Source of the DNA: Octopus sinensis
Taxonomy: Eukaryota
Assembly: GCF_006345805.1 (NCBI RefSeq)
Contig: NC_043008.1
Span: 23,622,001 to 23,686,000 of the forward strand
Direction of reading: 5' to 3'
DNA length: 64,000 bases
Below the pieces are notes generated by a model that was not told the origin of the DNA, ran no database searches, and saw only the letters and a program-made list of their open reading frames with translations. Positions 12,151 through 25,069 of the stretch are shown one piece after another. How positions within the stretch are numbered: the first letter of the stretch is position 1; each line of letters opens with the position of its first letter. The position numbers and the translations under genes are program-made.

Positions 12151-14639
12151 ATGGAATTGTTAAACTCTTAGTTGAAAGCCAACAACAATGATTCAGTTGT
12201 CAACAGCGATAAGTCTTGAAAGAAAAAGCACAAATTGGATTATGATAATGACAATTTCTGGTAATGAGCTATCGACCATTAAAAATGTTTGTCAACGGCA
12301 AATAGTTAATTACAATAACCTTCAATGTGACCAAGACAGAATAACACAACGAAATATTTTTACATTATACAAATTAGCAGTATTTTAAATATGTTAAGAG
12401 AGAGTCAAAAATGTGTATTTTCAGGTCATGTTATAAAATAGACTTCTACAAAAGGCATTGCATCTCTCTCTATATACATATATGACCGTGAACGTATATG
12501 TAATCAACCCAATAGCAGTTATTTGTTATAAGAACTGAGACCACTTGAGTACATTAGTATGAAGCTATACACGATATTACATAGAAGTTAAACACTTAGT
12601 CTAGTAGTTAATAATTCATCGAAACATTATTCATAGGAAAAATAAGTTAGAATAAGTACAAACTAATTTTTCATAAGAATACATTAAAATTATTGCCCAT
12701 TAAAATTACCATTGCATACAAATGCAAGAACTATTTCAAATCTAATTAGAAAAACTTATGCAGAAAGAAAATGACATTTGATCAATGACTATTTTAGGAG
12801 TTTGGGCTCGTGAGAGAGATAACTCTGGTCAGGAATAAGTTGTTAAATTGTTATTGGTCTTATTGTTCTTGTTCTCATGTGACCAAACTTAACCCTGATT
12901 CTTCAATCTGTGATCAAAAGTACTTAGCAACAGTTTCTTTCTTAGCTATCACATATTTCTCAGAAAATTAGATCTTTATATTCACTTGTGTCAGAATTAT
13001 TTCTAATTAATGAACCAGTTCCTAATTCGTTCGATGTGCCGTCATTTACACAGTCATCATTTCTGACTTTCGACCAGTATGTTACCAAAAGTTTCTATAA
13101 ATGATTAGCTGATTGAATAACTTATCAATGGGTATACATACGCTATCAATAACTACGAGTGACTTCTACAAATGCTGACCATCTTTTTATGAGTGAAACA
13201 ATTTAATTCGAATGGCTGCCATACACCTTTCAAACATTGATGTAACTACAGCTATCATTGAAATTTTCTAAATAATTAGATAAATATGCAATTTGTTCTT
13301 TTATATAATTTAGATAATTTTACTCTTATTTTAATCAATTCAACTTTTATATTTCAAGATGTAAATTTAGTACAGAAAACATTTGCTGGTTGAGAGAGCC
13401 GTAGTAACAAGAGATGAACTTAAATGAATTGGTATGCCAGGTTTAAAGTTTGAAATACGAGAAATTTGTTTCTGATATCAAGTTGAGAGCACCTTTCAGA
13501 GACGGATAAAATGTGTGGTTTGCATTTTAGTAGGTAATAGCTGCTGATGTTCGTATTACGTTTGTGCTCAGATTTAGCTATGTTAAATGATAAATAATTC
13601 AGACAGTCATTAACAGAAAGTTTTGGTTACTCATTGGTATAAAGTCGTTGAGTGGTCATTACTGTAAAACAGAATGCAGTTGGGAGGAAAGGTGAATGGC
13701 AATCAATTGAATTACGAATCGGATCATTAATTGAAAATAATTCCATGGTAGAAATAGTTTCATTAATAATTCGGTGGTATAATGTTTGGTAGAAAATTGC
13801 TGTGCTGATTGTTATCGCCAGTAGAAAATAGTAGAAAATAACGTACAGATATTAGTAGATTGGTGTTTGAATATTTTTATAAGAAGCTTCCCGGTGTTTA
13901 TTTCTAAGAAGAATGCCTGTTGAATAATCAATATCTATGCACGGTTACGTTGTGCATAAAAATCTTAAGCTATCTATGAAAAGATTTTATTCTGCAAATA
14001 TTTTGAAGTAAGAAGAATATTCTTTGCATTTCAATATTAATACGACAGGCAAATGATAGATCACGCTTTCACAGTTAATACGTCTTCAAGCAATATTAAC
14101 GTACAAGATAGTGTTGCTGTGATAAATAGATTCGCAAGTAATATTGGTATCGGGTTCACGTATTATTTTCAGATATATTTCAACATTGAAGTAGGTACAA
14201 TGGTCAGTAAATGAGTGATTGATAAACTCTTTGAAAGAATGCACAAACTGAAAAAAAAAAAAAATTGATTAATGCCATTAGATATCGTCTGAGCGATATT
14301 TACGTTGTCTTGTTGTTCCGGTAGTAAAAGAAAGGTACATCACTAAAATATTGCTGGCAGCCATCTTCAAAGGATAATATCTGAAATAAACTGACTGAAA
14401 AACATGAATGCTATAAAATAATACTTCTGCGTTTGAGTGAAAATGAAAACAACAATTTCAACCGTTCGGTGACAATAAACCAAAGTGGGTATGCTATGAA
14501 GATAAGGTCCTTTAAAAATGATACTGAAAATGCTTAGACAAACAGAAATAGTGCATACATATATTCGTTTATATCTCATATTCTGCATGGATGATGCAAA
14601 CGCATACAAGCACACCGAAACTAACACACACACGCACAT

Positions 14640-14655
14640 ATGTATGTGTATACAT

Positions 14656-14707
<52 letters not shown>

Positions 14708-14716
14708 ATATATATA

Positions 14717-14802
<86 letters not shown>

Positions 14803-14825
14803 TATTATATATATATATATATGTA
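14640..14825. repeat. (TA)n microsatellite
   Basis: Direct inspection. Confidence 0.95.
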
Positions 14826-14852
14826 TAAGGGTGGAAAGGAACACACGAGTTG

Positions 14853-16878
14853 ATATATATGAAAAAACAAGTCAAAAATAGAAAATGCTAAGATGATTTT
14901 TTAGTGAATCCTTCAGTACCGGTTTCGGTCATTTTGAGACCTTTTCAACTGTAACGATTAAATAATTAAATTTAGAAAAATTTAGAAAAATTAGAAGAAA
15001 GGTTTTTTTAAAGGAATACTTCCATAGTAGTGTTCAGATATAGGTGGCATTCTGCCTTTCTCTGACTCCCTTGTTTGCACTTGTGTATTCGAGGTCGTTG
15101 TGAGTTCTTGAGGGGGTGGGAGTGGGAAAATCTGGGCTGGTCAGTGGCGACCGGCAGTCGCTGCGTAGGCGTTATACTTAAAGACATTAGTGACAAGGTT
15201 GAGGGGTAGAAGGTGGAGAAGTAGAAGAAGAAGAAGATGACGGTGCCGATGATGATGACGATGAAGAAGAAGAAGAGAAGGAGAAGATGACGATGATTGA
15301 TGCTGGTGATGACGATGACGACGATGATGATGATAATGATGATGAGAGAGAAGAAGAGGAAGAAGAAGAAGAAAACAACAGAGAGGGAGAATATGAATGG
15401 GTGAAGATTATAGCTGTGATGGGACGATTAGTAATGGATTCTATGGAATGTAATATTTGTGTGTGTATATATATTTCTTTTATTCTTAAGTTGAGGTATA
15501 TAATTGTTTGTCGTACACCCGTTAAGAAGTGGCTGTGTATTTTATAATAAAGAGATTTTCTTTACTTATTCGTTGTCTCGAGGTTGTATCGTCCCTAAAT
15601 TGGTAGAGGGGGAAAATTCTGAAGTTTGGTGTTTTTTTGTTGGCGCAAGTATCTATGTGTTGGCTAAAAGCTATTTTTCTGTTTTGGGGAATTTTTATCT
15701 GGGATCGTGCAGGGCCTTCGTTTACGCAAACCATTTTTTGTTTGGCCTATGTACTGCTCTTGACACCCGGAGCAGGTTAGTGAGTATATTAGGTTCTCCG
15801 AAGCACATGTGAAGTTGCTTTTCACTGTTAAACCGTTGTCCCTGTTTGAAGGAGAACTCAGAACCCTCGATTAGATAGTCGCATATCCCGCAATTGGGTC
15901 TTCCACATTTTTTTACTGTCGGCTTCTGTGTTGAAGAGTGAATCGGGCTTGTGTTAGGAGACTTTTCATGGATCTAGGCTGTCTTTTGCTTTTTATGATC
16001 GTGTGTGTTTGGAGGATTGTGTTCATTCTGTGGTCTTTTTTTAGGAGGGGTATGTTGTGGAGGATGGTGCCGAAGGCTTCGTTATTGAGAGGGTTGTATG
16101 TGGAGATGTATGGTAAGGCTTTTGGTTGTAGGTTTTTCTGTGATTTGGATGTCTCAGTTCCTTGATGTTAAGTTGAAGGGCACGTTGAATGCACTTGTCA
16201 ATAAGTGAAGGTGGATAGTTTCTGGTGTAAGGGTATCTTTTAGTTCTTGTAGTCGTGTGTGTCTCTGGTGTTTGCGTTAGAGACTATAGTGCATATCCTT
16301 TTTGCTAGATTGAAGGGGATATTCATCCTGGTGTGTCTGGGGTGGCATGAATTGAATGGAAGATATTGCTTAGAGTCTGTAGGCTTATAGTATATGTCTG
16401 TTTCTAATATTTTAGCTTTCTTAATGAGGATATCGAGGAAGGGAAGTTGTTGCTGGCTATATTCCATCGTGAATTGGATGTTTACGTCCAGCCCGTTTAA
16501 AATTTCCGGAATTCTATGAGTTTTCTATATTTTTATGCCAAAGAATGAAACAGTCATCTAGATATCTCTTCCAGTTGTTTTCTATGAGATGGAGAAAGGG
16601 CTGCATATCTTTCTAGAACCTTACGATACAGACTGATCTCTAGGTATCCTATGACTAGGTTGGCAAAGAGGGGGCCATTCGTGTACCCATCGCAGTCCCC
16701 GATTTTTGTCGGTAGAGTTGTCATTGAAGGCGAAGAAGTTATTTTCCAGGATGAATTAACCCCTTCTATCACGAATTCTTTTTTGATGCGGTGTGGTAGT
16801 TCGTTGGCGTGATTCTCTAGCCAGAACTGGATTGCCTCTAGTCCTAGGTTGTGGGGGATATTGGAGTAGAGGTTGACT
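14853..16878 (-). mobile_element. Penelope-like element, 5'-truncated (RT C-terminal half, GIY-YIG endonuclease, 3' pseudo-LTR)
   Basis: VVNLYSNIPH, TAMGTRMAP.FANL, FTME...LPFLDILI, IYYKPTDSKQYLPFNSCHPRH and LIYSLTCSGCQEQYIGQT (GIY-YIG). Confidence 0.93.
14914..14951 (-). ncRNA. Minimal type I hammerhead ribozyme (C3U/G8A variant), left PLE arm
   Basis: Minus strand reads cag-TTGAAAA-ggtc(tcaaaat)gacc-GAAA-c-cg-GTA-ctg. Confidence 0.7.
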
Positions 16879-17848
16879 ACATGTGCTTCGGAGAACCTAA
16901 TATACTCACTAACCTGCTCCGGGTGTCAAGAGCAGTACATAGGCCAAACAAAAAATGGTTTGCGTAAACGAATGGCCCTGCACAGATCCCAGATAAAAAT
17001 TCCCCAAAACAGAAAAATAGCTTTTAGCCAACACATAGATACTTGCGCCAACAAAAAAACACCAAACTTCAGAATTTTCCCCCTCTACCAATTTAGGGAC
17101 GATACAACCTCGAGACAACGAATAAGTAAAGAAAATCTCTTTATTATAAAATACAGGCCACTTCTTAACGGGTGTACGACAAACAATTAATATACCTCAA
17201 CTTAAGAATAAAAGAAATATATATACACACACAAATATTACATTCCATAGAATCCATTACTAATCGTCCCATCACAGCTATATCTTCACCCATTCATATT
17301 CTCCCTTCTCTGTTTGTTTTCTTTCTTCTTCTTCCTCTTCTTCTTCTTCATCATCATCATTATCATCATCATCGTCGTCATCGTCATCACCAGCATCATC
17401 ATCGTCATCTTCTCCTTCTCCTTCTTCTTCTTCATCGTCATCATCATCGGCACCGTCATCTTCTTCTTCTTCTTCTACTTCTCCACCTTCTACCCCTCAA
17501 CCTTGTCACTAATGTCTTTATGTATAACGCCTACGCAGCGACTGCCGGTCGCCACTGACCAGCCCAGATTTTCCCACTCCCACCCCCTCAAGAACTCACA
17601 ACGACCTCGAATACACAAGTGCAAACAAGGGAGTCAGAGAAAGGCAGAATGCCACCTATATCTGAACACTACTATGGAAGTATTCCTTTAAAAAAACCTT
17701 TCTTCTAATTTTTCTAAATTTTTCTAAATTTAATTATTTAATCGTTACAGTTGAAAAGGTCTCAAAATGACCGAAACCGGTACTGAAGGATTCACTAAAA
17801 AATCATCTTAGCATTTTCTATTTTTGACTTGTTTTTTCATATATATAT
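16879..17848 (+). mobile_element. Inverted copy of the PLE 3' segment (GIY-YIG and pseudo-LTR)
   Basis: Near-identical reverse complement of 14853-15810. ORF 16873-17190 encodes the GIY-YIG domain. Confidence 0.93.
17748..17785 (+). ncRNA. Minimal type I hammerhead ribozyme (C3U/G8A variant), right PLE arm
   Basis: Stem I cag/ctg, core TTGAAAA, stem II ggtc/gacc, GAAA, palindromic stem III ACCGGT, cleavage triplet GTA. Confidence 0.7.
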
Positions 17849-17862
17849 ATATATATATATAT

Positions 17863-18075
17863 ATTCCCCTTCCCTCTGCTCCCTCACTCCCTCTCTCCCC
17901 TTCTCTCTCTCCCCCTCTCCCTCTTTCCTCCTTCATCCCCCTCCTCACCTTCCTTCTCCCCCATCGTCTCCTCTTCCCCCTTCTCCTCCCCCTCTTCTTC
18001 CCCTCCCCTTCTCTCCCCCCTCTTCTCCCCTCCCCTTCTCTCCCCCCTCTTCTCCCCTCCCCCTCTTCTCCTCAC
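17863..18075. repeat. Polypyrimidine/polypurine (C/T-rich) low-complexity tract
   Basis: About 210 bp almost entirely C and T, with ttctctcccccctcttctcccctcccc units. Confidence 0.9.
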
Positions 18076-18109
18076 TACACCACATGACTTTACACATCAC
18101 ATCACATAT

Positions 18110-18356
18110 GATGTGCCATACTAATACACACACCAACTAATACATACTAATACGTACTAATACATACTAGTACATACTAATACTTACACCAACCCTATAC
18201 ATACACACGTCCAGACCCCGCATACGCACTTATACTCTCTCACACACACACACACCTATACATACCAATACTATAATACATACTAATACATACTAATACA
18301 TACACCAACCCCATACATACGCACGTCCAGACCAATCTTACGCACTAATACTCTCT

Positions 18357-18391
<35 letters not shown>

Positions 18392-18470
18392 GTATACATA
18401 CTAATACATACACCAACCCTATACATACACACATCCAGACCCCTCCCCCGCACTTTTAGCTGGTCACTCA
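18110..18470. repeat. Degenerate minisatellite
   Basis: tacatactaa units and three copies of acaccaaccc-atacatac-cacgtccagacc. Confidence 0.75.
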
Positions 18471-18499
18471 ACCCTTTTATCAACCCTATTATCTCCCCT

Positions 18500-18760
18500 T
18501 ATTTCGCTCTCGCGTCTCATGTTTGATCTTTGACCTCTGGCCGAAATCAGATCGCCATGTTGATTCGTTAGCTACTGCACGCATTTTTTTTCTCTCCTTC
18601 TTTCTGTGTTTTTCTCTCTCTGTGTATCTTTCTGTTGAAGAGCGTAGGCTCGAAACGTTAAAGACTTGTTTTATTTATATTTCCTGAGCGCCATACTAAT
18701 ACAATTGTTCGTTTGTCTTCCACCTGCCTTCGTCTTTTGTTTATTTTCATAAAGCTTCCC
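18500..18760 (+). mobile_element. PLE-type terminal repeat with hammerhead-like motif at 18627-18664
   Basis: tcttt-CTGTTGA-a-gagc(gtag)gctc-GAAA-c-GTT-aaaga, with a perfect 5-bp stem I. Confidence 0.55.
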
Positions 18761-18969
18761 GTTATATATAATATATATATATAATATATATATGCATATA
18801 TGGGTACAAGACGTCATCAACTGTAAACAACATAAAGTACGAAAACAAGCGAGTTGAATACGCGAATAATGAGAGAAAGAAAAAGATTGAAAGCAGGACA
18901 GGTATCACAAAGAACGACCCCTCATCAGTTGTTGGCTGTCCATCTATTCCTCATTTTGAGCATACATAC

Positions 18970-19027
<58 letters not shown>

Positions 19028-19029
19028 GC

Positions 19030-19030
19030 A

Positions 19031-19127
<97 letters not shown>

Positions 19128-19128
19128 C
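19030..19128. repeat. (TCTA)n microsatellite
   Basis: Direct inspection. Confidence 0.95.
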
Positions 19129-19129
19129 T

Positions 19130-19620
19130 AAGGAAAATAAAACAAGGTAGAAAATGCAAAAGTAATTTTATCATGAAGAAAATTTTAGTACCGGTTTCAG
19201 CCTTTGCGACTTTTTCAAAGCATGAAAAACTATTAAATTGTGGAAAAATTAAATGAAATATTTTTTTAAAAAATATTGCCATAGTTTTCAAATGCAAAGG
19301 ACACTTCTTGCTGTCTGTCCCTCTTTTTTTTTTACTCTTGTGAGGGCTTGGTAGCAGGTAGCAGGTAGTAGCAGTCCTAAAAGAATATTTGATATTTGGT
19401 TTTGATTGTTTAAGCAGCAGTAGTAGCTGAGGAAGGAGGCGGCGAAGAAGAAGGAAAGGAAGGAGGAGAAGAAGAAGAAGAAGAAGAAGAGAAGAAGAAG
19501 AAGAAGAAGAAGAAGAAAAGAAGAAGAAGAAGAAGAAGAAGAGAAGAAGAAGAAGGAGAAGAAGAAGAAGAGACTAGGAATGCATAGTACAGGATGCATA
19601 GTACAGGTGGTTGAGATCTG
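19130..19620 (-). mobile_element. Diverged sister of the PLE 3' terminus at 14853
   Basis: aaaacaag..tagaaaatgc..agtaccggtttc.g...ttttcaa aligns with 14860-15010. It has a similar (GAA)n tract. Confidence 0.65.
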
Positions 19621-19689
19621 TAATGGCAAAATCATTAGCTGAAATTTATCCTTAAGTGCAAGGCGGATTTTACCAATTTCTTGCAGATT

Positions 19690-20520
19690 TTGGTTAGAGT
19701 TGCGAATTTTTGGGAGTGTTACGTTCATTCATACTGATTTCTTTAATTTTAAGCCATTGAGTCACGGTTTGGTTTTTTAGATCATCTAATTCATTTGGGT
19801 GACTTACTGTGTGACTTTCTTCATCTATTTGATTTTCATCTGTGTTGGTGTTTATGGCTGGTTCACTTTGCTTATCAGTTACATTGACTCTTTCTATCAT
19901 TTCTTCATTTTCATCAAATCTGGGTCGGTCTACAATTATTTCCTCTGTAGTATCTTCGTTCCCTTTGTCCCTGATTGTTTTATTTGCTCAATCTCTAATT
20001 CAGTTAGAAATTTCTTTTTCCTAACGTTTCTTCTAACTTTGGCAAATTTGTTACTGTCTATGTCGGATCTTATTTCAAGGAGCTTCTGTCTCCAGTTTAG
20101 GTACGTTTGCTCAGAATTAGATTCATTTGTGGGGAAATACATGGCATGATAGAAGGCCTTAAAACTTCTTTATTATCACCCCTAGACCATTTTTCTTCCT
20201 TTTCTTTTGGTTATTTGATGAGTGTGGATGGCCATCTGTTGGGATATTCCGGTTGTGGTGTACTTCCAGCTCCTGTGTTTCGGGAAAATTTGAATCAGTA
20301 GCAGATTGTTCGTACCGAGTCTTGTTCACCTGGTTGACAGCCGATTCGGTTTGTATTTGCTTTGTTATCACTGAGGAATGAAGAGCTTGGACGTTGACAT
20401 TAGGGGACGAATCTGTATGTTTAGGGTTAACTTTTTGAAACAACTCTGCCTCTGAGTTCTCTGAATGAAAGCACTTCTAGTAACGTAGCTTCTTAAGGCT
20501 AACAGGTCTGTATCCATCCA
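19690..20520 (-). mobile_element. R4/Dong-like LINE N-terminal fragment
   Basis: TYLNWRQK..IRSDIDSNKFAKVRRNVRKKKFLTELEIEQIK resembles the N-terminal domain of R4-clade ORFs. Confidence 0.55.
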
Positions 20521-21039
20521 TATTTTTTGTTCTTGATAGATGTATCTTCGGGCTTAGCTTTATGTGGTGTTTTTAAAGTTATGAATTGCTCACTCTGTCT
20601 TAGTTCGAAAACTAAAATAAAATTGTTTTGTTATCTTTTTCTTGCTTCGTTTGTGACACGTGCTTTCATATACGTGTATGTGTGTTCTGTAAATTTCATG
20701 TAGTTGTGTAAACATTGGATGTATGTGTAGTCCTATGGGTATTAAAATGTATATATAATTGTGTAGACATTCGAGTGTTTGCCTAATTAATCCACTTAAG
20801 TACTTACTGTTTTGTTCCACATATATTTTATGATTTGTAAACACTCCGGTGTTGATTTCGCATGTATCTTTCACAGATGTCTTACTGAGACATGGTGTAT
20901 GGGAGAAACTGTGCTTTGTCTGGCAGTAAAATTTCGTTTTTGCGATTATTTTCGTTAAAAGGCCGCTTGCTTCAAGTCTTCCACAAGTTTCTTTATCCCA
21001 TTCCACCGATGTTATTAGATTAAAATTGTTTTGAATGAT

Positions 21040-23130
21040 TTTTCTTTTTATAACATGTTTTGTTGGAGCTCTTGGCGTCTTGTATGCGTAGCGAGCTTAC
21101 TACCTGCAGCCTACGGTACAATGCTATTCAGTCTTTTGAGCTATGCAATACCTGGTTTTTATGTCCGTGTCAAGGAGGCAAACGTTTTGTAATAGTTCTA
21201 ATGGGTACTCTATTCCAGTTTCCTTTGTATTCCTCTTCTTGCCTTCTGATACAGTTTCCAATGATCCAACAATAATTGGCATTATCTTCACCTTCATTTT
21301 CCATCGCCAGGCTATTTTGTTCTTGACTATTCGTGGGTCAACTATATAGCATATATGGTGGACCTTGCCATCCAGTTGGGTACTGCGCCTTCGTGCAAGC
21401 GCTCATCTAACTATTGTGCTATCTTTTCATGGGAATTTTCGTAACTGCTTTTTTTTATCATTTCTGTAGTTATCTTTATGTCTTCTTGGACTTCTATATT
21501 CCTTAATCTATCTGGGATTTCATGCAGCCACTCTACTTCATCCTTATGCTCTACAGGTTGTTTCCAGATCCCTCTTCAGAGTGCCTTACTTTCCTCTGCA
21601 TCTGGTATCATTGTTACATGTTTTTGCCCATCTAGTTTCTGAAACATTTTCTTCTGATTTGCTTCAAACAATCTGTTTTGCCTGACTTGTTTTTTTCTAT
21701 TGTAATATCTTTCCAGTTTTGATTTGATTGCTACTACTCTTTGTTTCAATTCTTCCAATACCCCATCATAATCTTCATCTCTTATTCTGTATGTTTTTTC
21801 CTGCATTATTCTTATGATTTGGTCCTGCAATTCTCCTTTTCTCAATCTATCAACTTTTAAATGTGTTTTTAACTTTGTTTCTCACAAATTTGTCTACGCC
21901 AATATGGCTCTTTACCTTCTGTTTGTTCTTTTCTTTTGTACCCAACCTTGTCTGTGGCAACCATAGCTGCAGCCCAAATAATCTTGTTAGTTTCTGTTAT
22001 ATTCCTCGTCTGGAACAGCGCAAGAACCGAATCTATATTTTCGGTTTCAACGTTGAGTTTGCGTCGTTCAATTTACCTCATTTGCTGAGAATGAATTTAC
22101 ATTTACACTTTACTCTACTTCTTCACTGCCGCCTTTCATTTTATGTGTCTTGCTGGGCACTTTATCTGTCGGTGAAGTAGTATTTCTATCTTCTATTTTC
22201 ATTTTTATCTCTTCTATTTCTATGTCTGTTAACACACTTTTGCTCTTATTGCTCTTGCCTGGTCGGCTAACCGTTGGTCACTTGTCTCGAAGAGGCTTAT
22301 CTCATTCCATTTTCCTTTCATTCGTTGTTGGAATCCTCTTCTGCTGGGTTCACTGCTGATCCAGCATTCAATTACCGTTCGGTTTGCCTCCTTATCTCAC
22401 TTTCTTCTCTGCCTCTGGCTTTGTTAACATCTCTGGATGACAACAGGGCCTGCACTGCACATCCATAGGGCAAACTTTGGTTTCAGCCACATTAACACCA
22501 TTATTTGATACATTTGTATTAAACATTTTCACTCAAAATTGTGGTGTGTATTTTAGGGTTAGCCACCAGCCGGTATTTTTATCAAGACACTATCTTTAGT
22601 AAGATTGTCAACCAAGACTGCAGAGCTCTTACTACCCATAAGTTGGGTCTGTTCTCTTCGAATTTTTTTCTGTTGGGAACCATGATCCTGATTCTCACTA
22701 GGAGACAGGTGTGCGTCAGTTGGTCCCATTTCTTCATCCAAATAGTGCTCCGGACTTATATTCGCCTTCATCCCAGGCATGGAGCTGTTGGATTGTGACA
22801 GGTTGTCAACACTGTGACTAAGGTTGTCAACACTGTGACTATCTACTCCAGTTTTAAATCAAAGTGAACCATCTAGAAAGACTGTCAACCAAAGCTCACG
22901 CGTTCTGGCTAGGCGTTTTCAGGATGGCCATTGACTCTTCTAAGTTCCTCTGCCCCTTACTGGGTTTTGTTTTTAAACCCGCAGGGTGTTGATAATCCAC
23001 CTTCCTCAACAAGCAAACTTAGCGGAGTTGTTGGTTCAGTCGCCGACGACTCGTTGGTTTCACAACGCCACTTGTTAATCCTTCTGGATAATTACCAATC
23101 TTGGTACTTATTTACTTATTCACTAATATA
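21040..23130 (-). mobile_element. R4/Dong-like LINE, internally deleted (N-terminus and REL C-terminus present, RT absent)
   Basis: DQRLADQARAI, LEELKQRVVAIKSKLERY..RKKQVRQNRLFEANQKKMF, then WKMKVKIMPIIVGSL...PLELLQNVCLL near 21170-21300. Confidence 0.75.
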
Positions 23131-23157
23131 ATTTCACTATTACTAATATAGTCCAGT

Positions 23158-23620
23158 TATTATTATTATTATTATTATTATTGAGTGAGAGAGCAGTGCA
23201 TGCCATCAAAGTGACACTGGGGTAAAATATACGAAGCCCAGTATACCCATCTGTCTGATACGGGTACACCAGGCACATGCATCACAACCATATGTGCGTA
23301 ACATGGTTTTCTCATACCAAGATAAACAGCACATCACCTTGCAGGTGGGGCCCAGTTACAATTTTCTTCTGGTCGAGTAGCTCATCCCGCTCAAAAGGTC
23401 CCTGAATAAGGGTTGTTTAAGGATATTGATCGAAACACCCATGTTTCCAGAGATGAATTATTCAAACCCCAACGAATACCTCTCAACACATGGCTATGAT
23501 GCTCCCCCACTACTTTTACACGTGATCAGAGATGCACATATCGTCAGCCACTAAGGGACATATTCATGTGGATATATTCCTTCTTAGGCAGGACTGGGCA
23601 GCCAAAGACAATATGATTTA
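23158..23620 (-). mobile_element. SINE-like or LINE 3'-end repeat with (TAA)n tail
   Basis: A higher-GC block ending in (TTA)n at 23158-23180. There is only one copy in this window, so the family is not established. Confidence 0.4.
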
Positions 23621-23702
23621 TTGTTTCTTGTCCATCTCCACATATTCTACAGTAACTTTTTTCTTTTCATTATATATTTTTTGGTAATTTCTGGTGAGGA
23701 GG

Positions 23703-23703
23703 C

Positions 23704-23736
<33 letters not shown>

Positions 23737-23916
23737 CCATCATCATCACCATCACCATCACCATCACCACCATCATCATCATCATCATCATCATTATTAT
23801 TATTATTATTATTGTTATCATTATTATTATTATTAATATTATTATTATTATTATTGTTATTATTATTATTATTATTATTATTGTTATTATTATTATTATT
23901 GTTATTGTTATTGTTA

Positions 23917-23957
<41 letters not shown>

Positions 23958-24146
23958 GTTATTATTACTGTTATTGTTATTGTTATTGTTATTGTTTTAT
24001 TATTATTATTGTTATTATTATTATTATTATTATTGTTATTGTTATTGTTATTGTTTTATTATTTATTATAGTTATTATTATTATTATTGTTATTGTTATT
24101 GTTGTTGTTGTTATTGTTGTTGTTATTGTTGTTGTTGTTGTTGTTG

Positions 24147-24193
<47 letters not shown>

Positions 24194-24221
24194 GTTCTTG
24201 TTGTTGTTGTTGCTGTTTTTG

Positions 24222-24264
<43 letters not shown>

Positions 24265-24300
24265 CATCATCGTCATTATTATCATTATTATTATCATTAA
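23703..24300. repeat. Compound trinucleotide microsatellite (TCA/TTA/TTG)n
   Basis: Direct inspection. It explains the poly-I, poly-L, poly-H and poly-N ORFs. Confidence 0.95.
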
Positions 24301-25069
24301 TGTTTATACCAAACACATATAATTCAACTAATAATATTCTTAAGGCCACAATTTACTAACACGCAGCATCTTTCAGAGCTTGTTGCCTATTCAGTTCTTA
24401 ACCAAATTGAAAACAGTTAACATCTTTGAAGAGGACTAGTCCCTAGCTACATTTTGGTATAAAAAATTGAGATTTGATCCAGTAGAAAATATTTTACATG
24501 AAACAACGTTATAGGGGAGTAACGTCACCAATAAAATTTAGATCTAAATGACTTTCGTATTTTAAAAGCAAAATATATTTATCTTAGCTTCAATGATCAA
24601 AGAAAGCATTAAGAATTTCATAGTTTTGTTCCCATGCAACAAAAGTTGTATTGAAAAAGTTGAGGTAAAATATCATGAAGAAATATAAAGCAAAAAATTG
24701 GATTTAAGTATAATTAACTTTATTTTAAAAACAAGTTATATTTTAATTAAGATTAAATGAAGGATCTCAATTCGAGGAATTTCATGCAATGAAGTTTTAA
24801 AAGAAATAAGTTGTGATCGTTTGTCAAATTTAAGGGTGATGATATAGTTCTATACATTTTTATGAATATAATTCGATAAGGAGACTTTTAATATATATCA
24901 CCGACATCGCTGAGGCAAGAAAAAAATTATCAACGACATCGCTAATTGACACATTTGAGACATTATTAATTAGCATAATAGCATAGCCTGAAAAAATGGA
25001 TTACATGGGAAAATGCGATCCAAAGAAATACTATTCTTAAGATTATAAACCTGGAAAATTACAGGACAA

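Noticed and set aside
15187-15547. Acidic, Ser-rich and His-rich ORFs (also 17172-17691)
   Set aside because: These are trinucleotide tracts in the PLE terminal repeat, duplicated with the arms.
18895-18945. Hammerhead-like CTGATGA...GATA...GTC on the minus strand
   Set aside because: Stems I and II do not pair convincingly.
20590-21006. 138-aa ORF between the R4 fragments
   Set aside because: It has a non-ATG start and no recognisable motif, so it cannot be supported as a gene.
23618-24359. Long poly-I/L/N/H/M ORFs (also 14569-14881, 30715-30990, 37784-38128, 53945-54358)
   Set aside because: These are translations of microsatellites.
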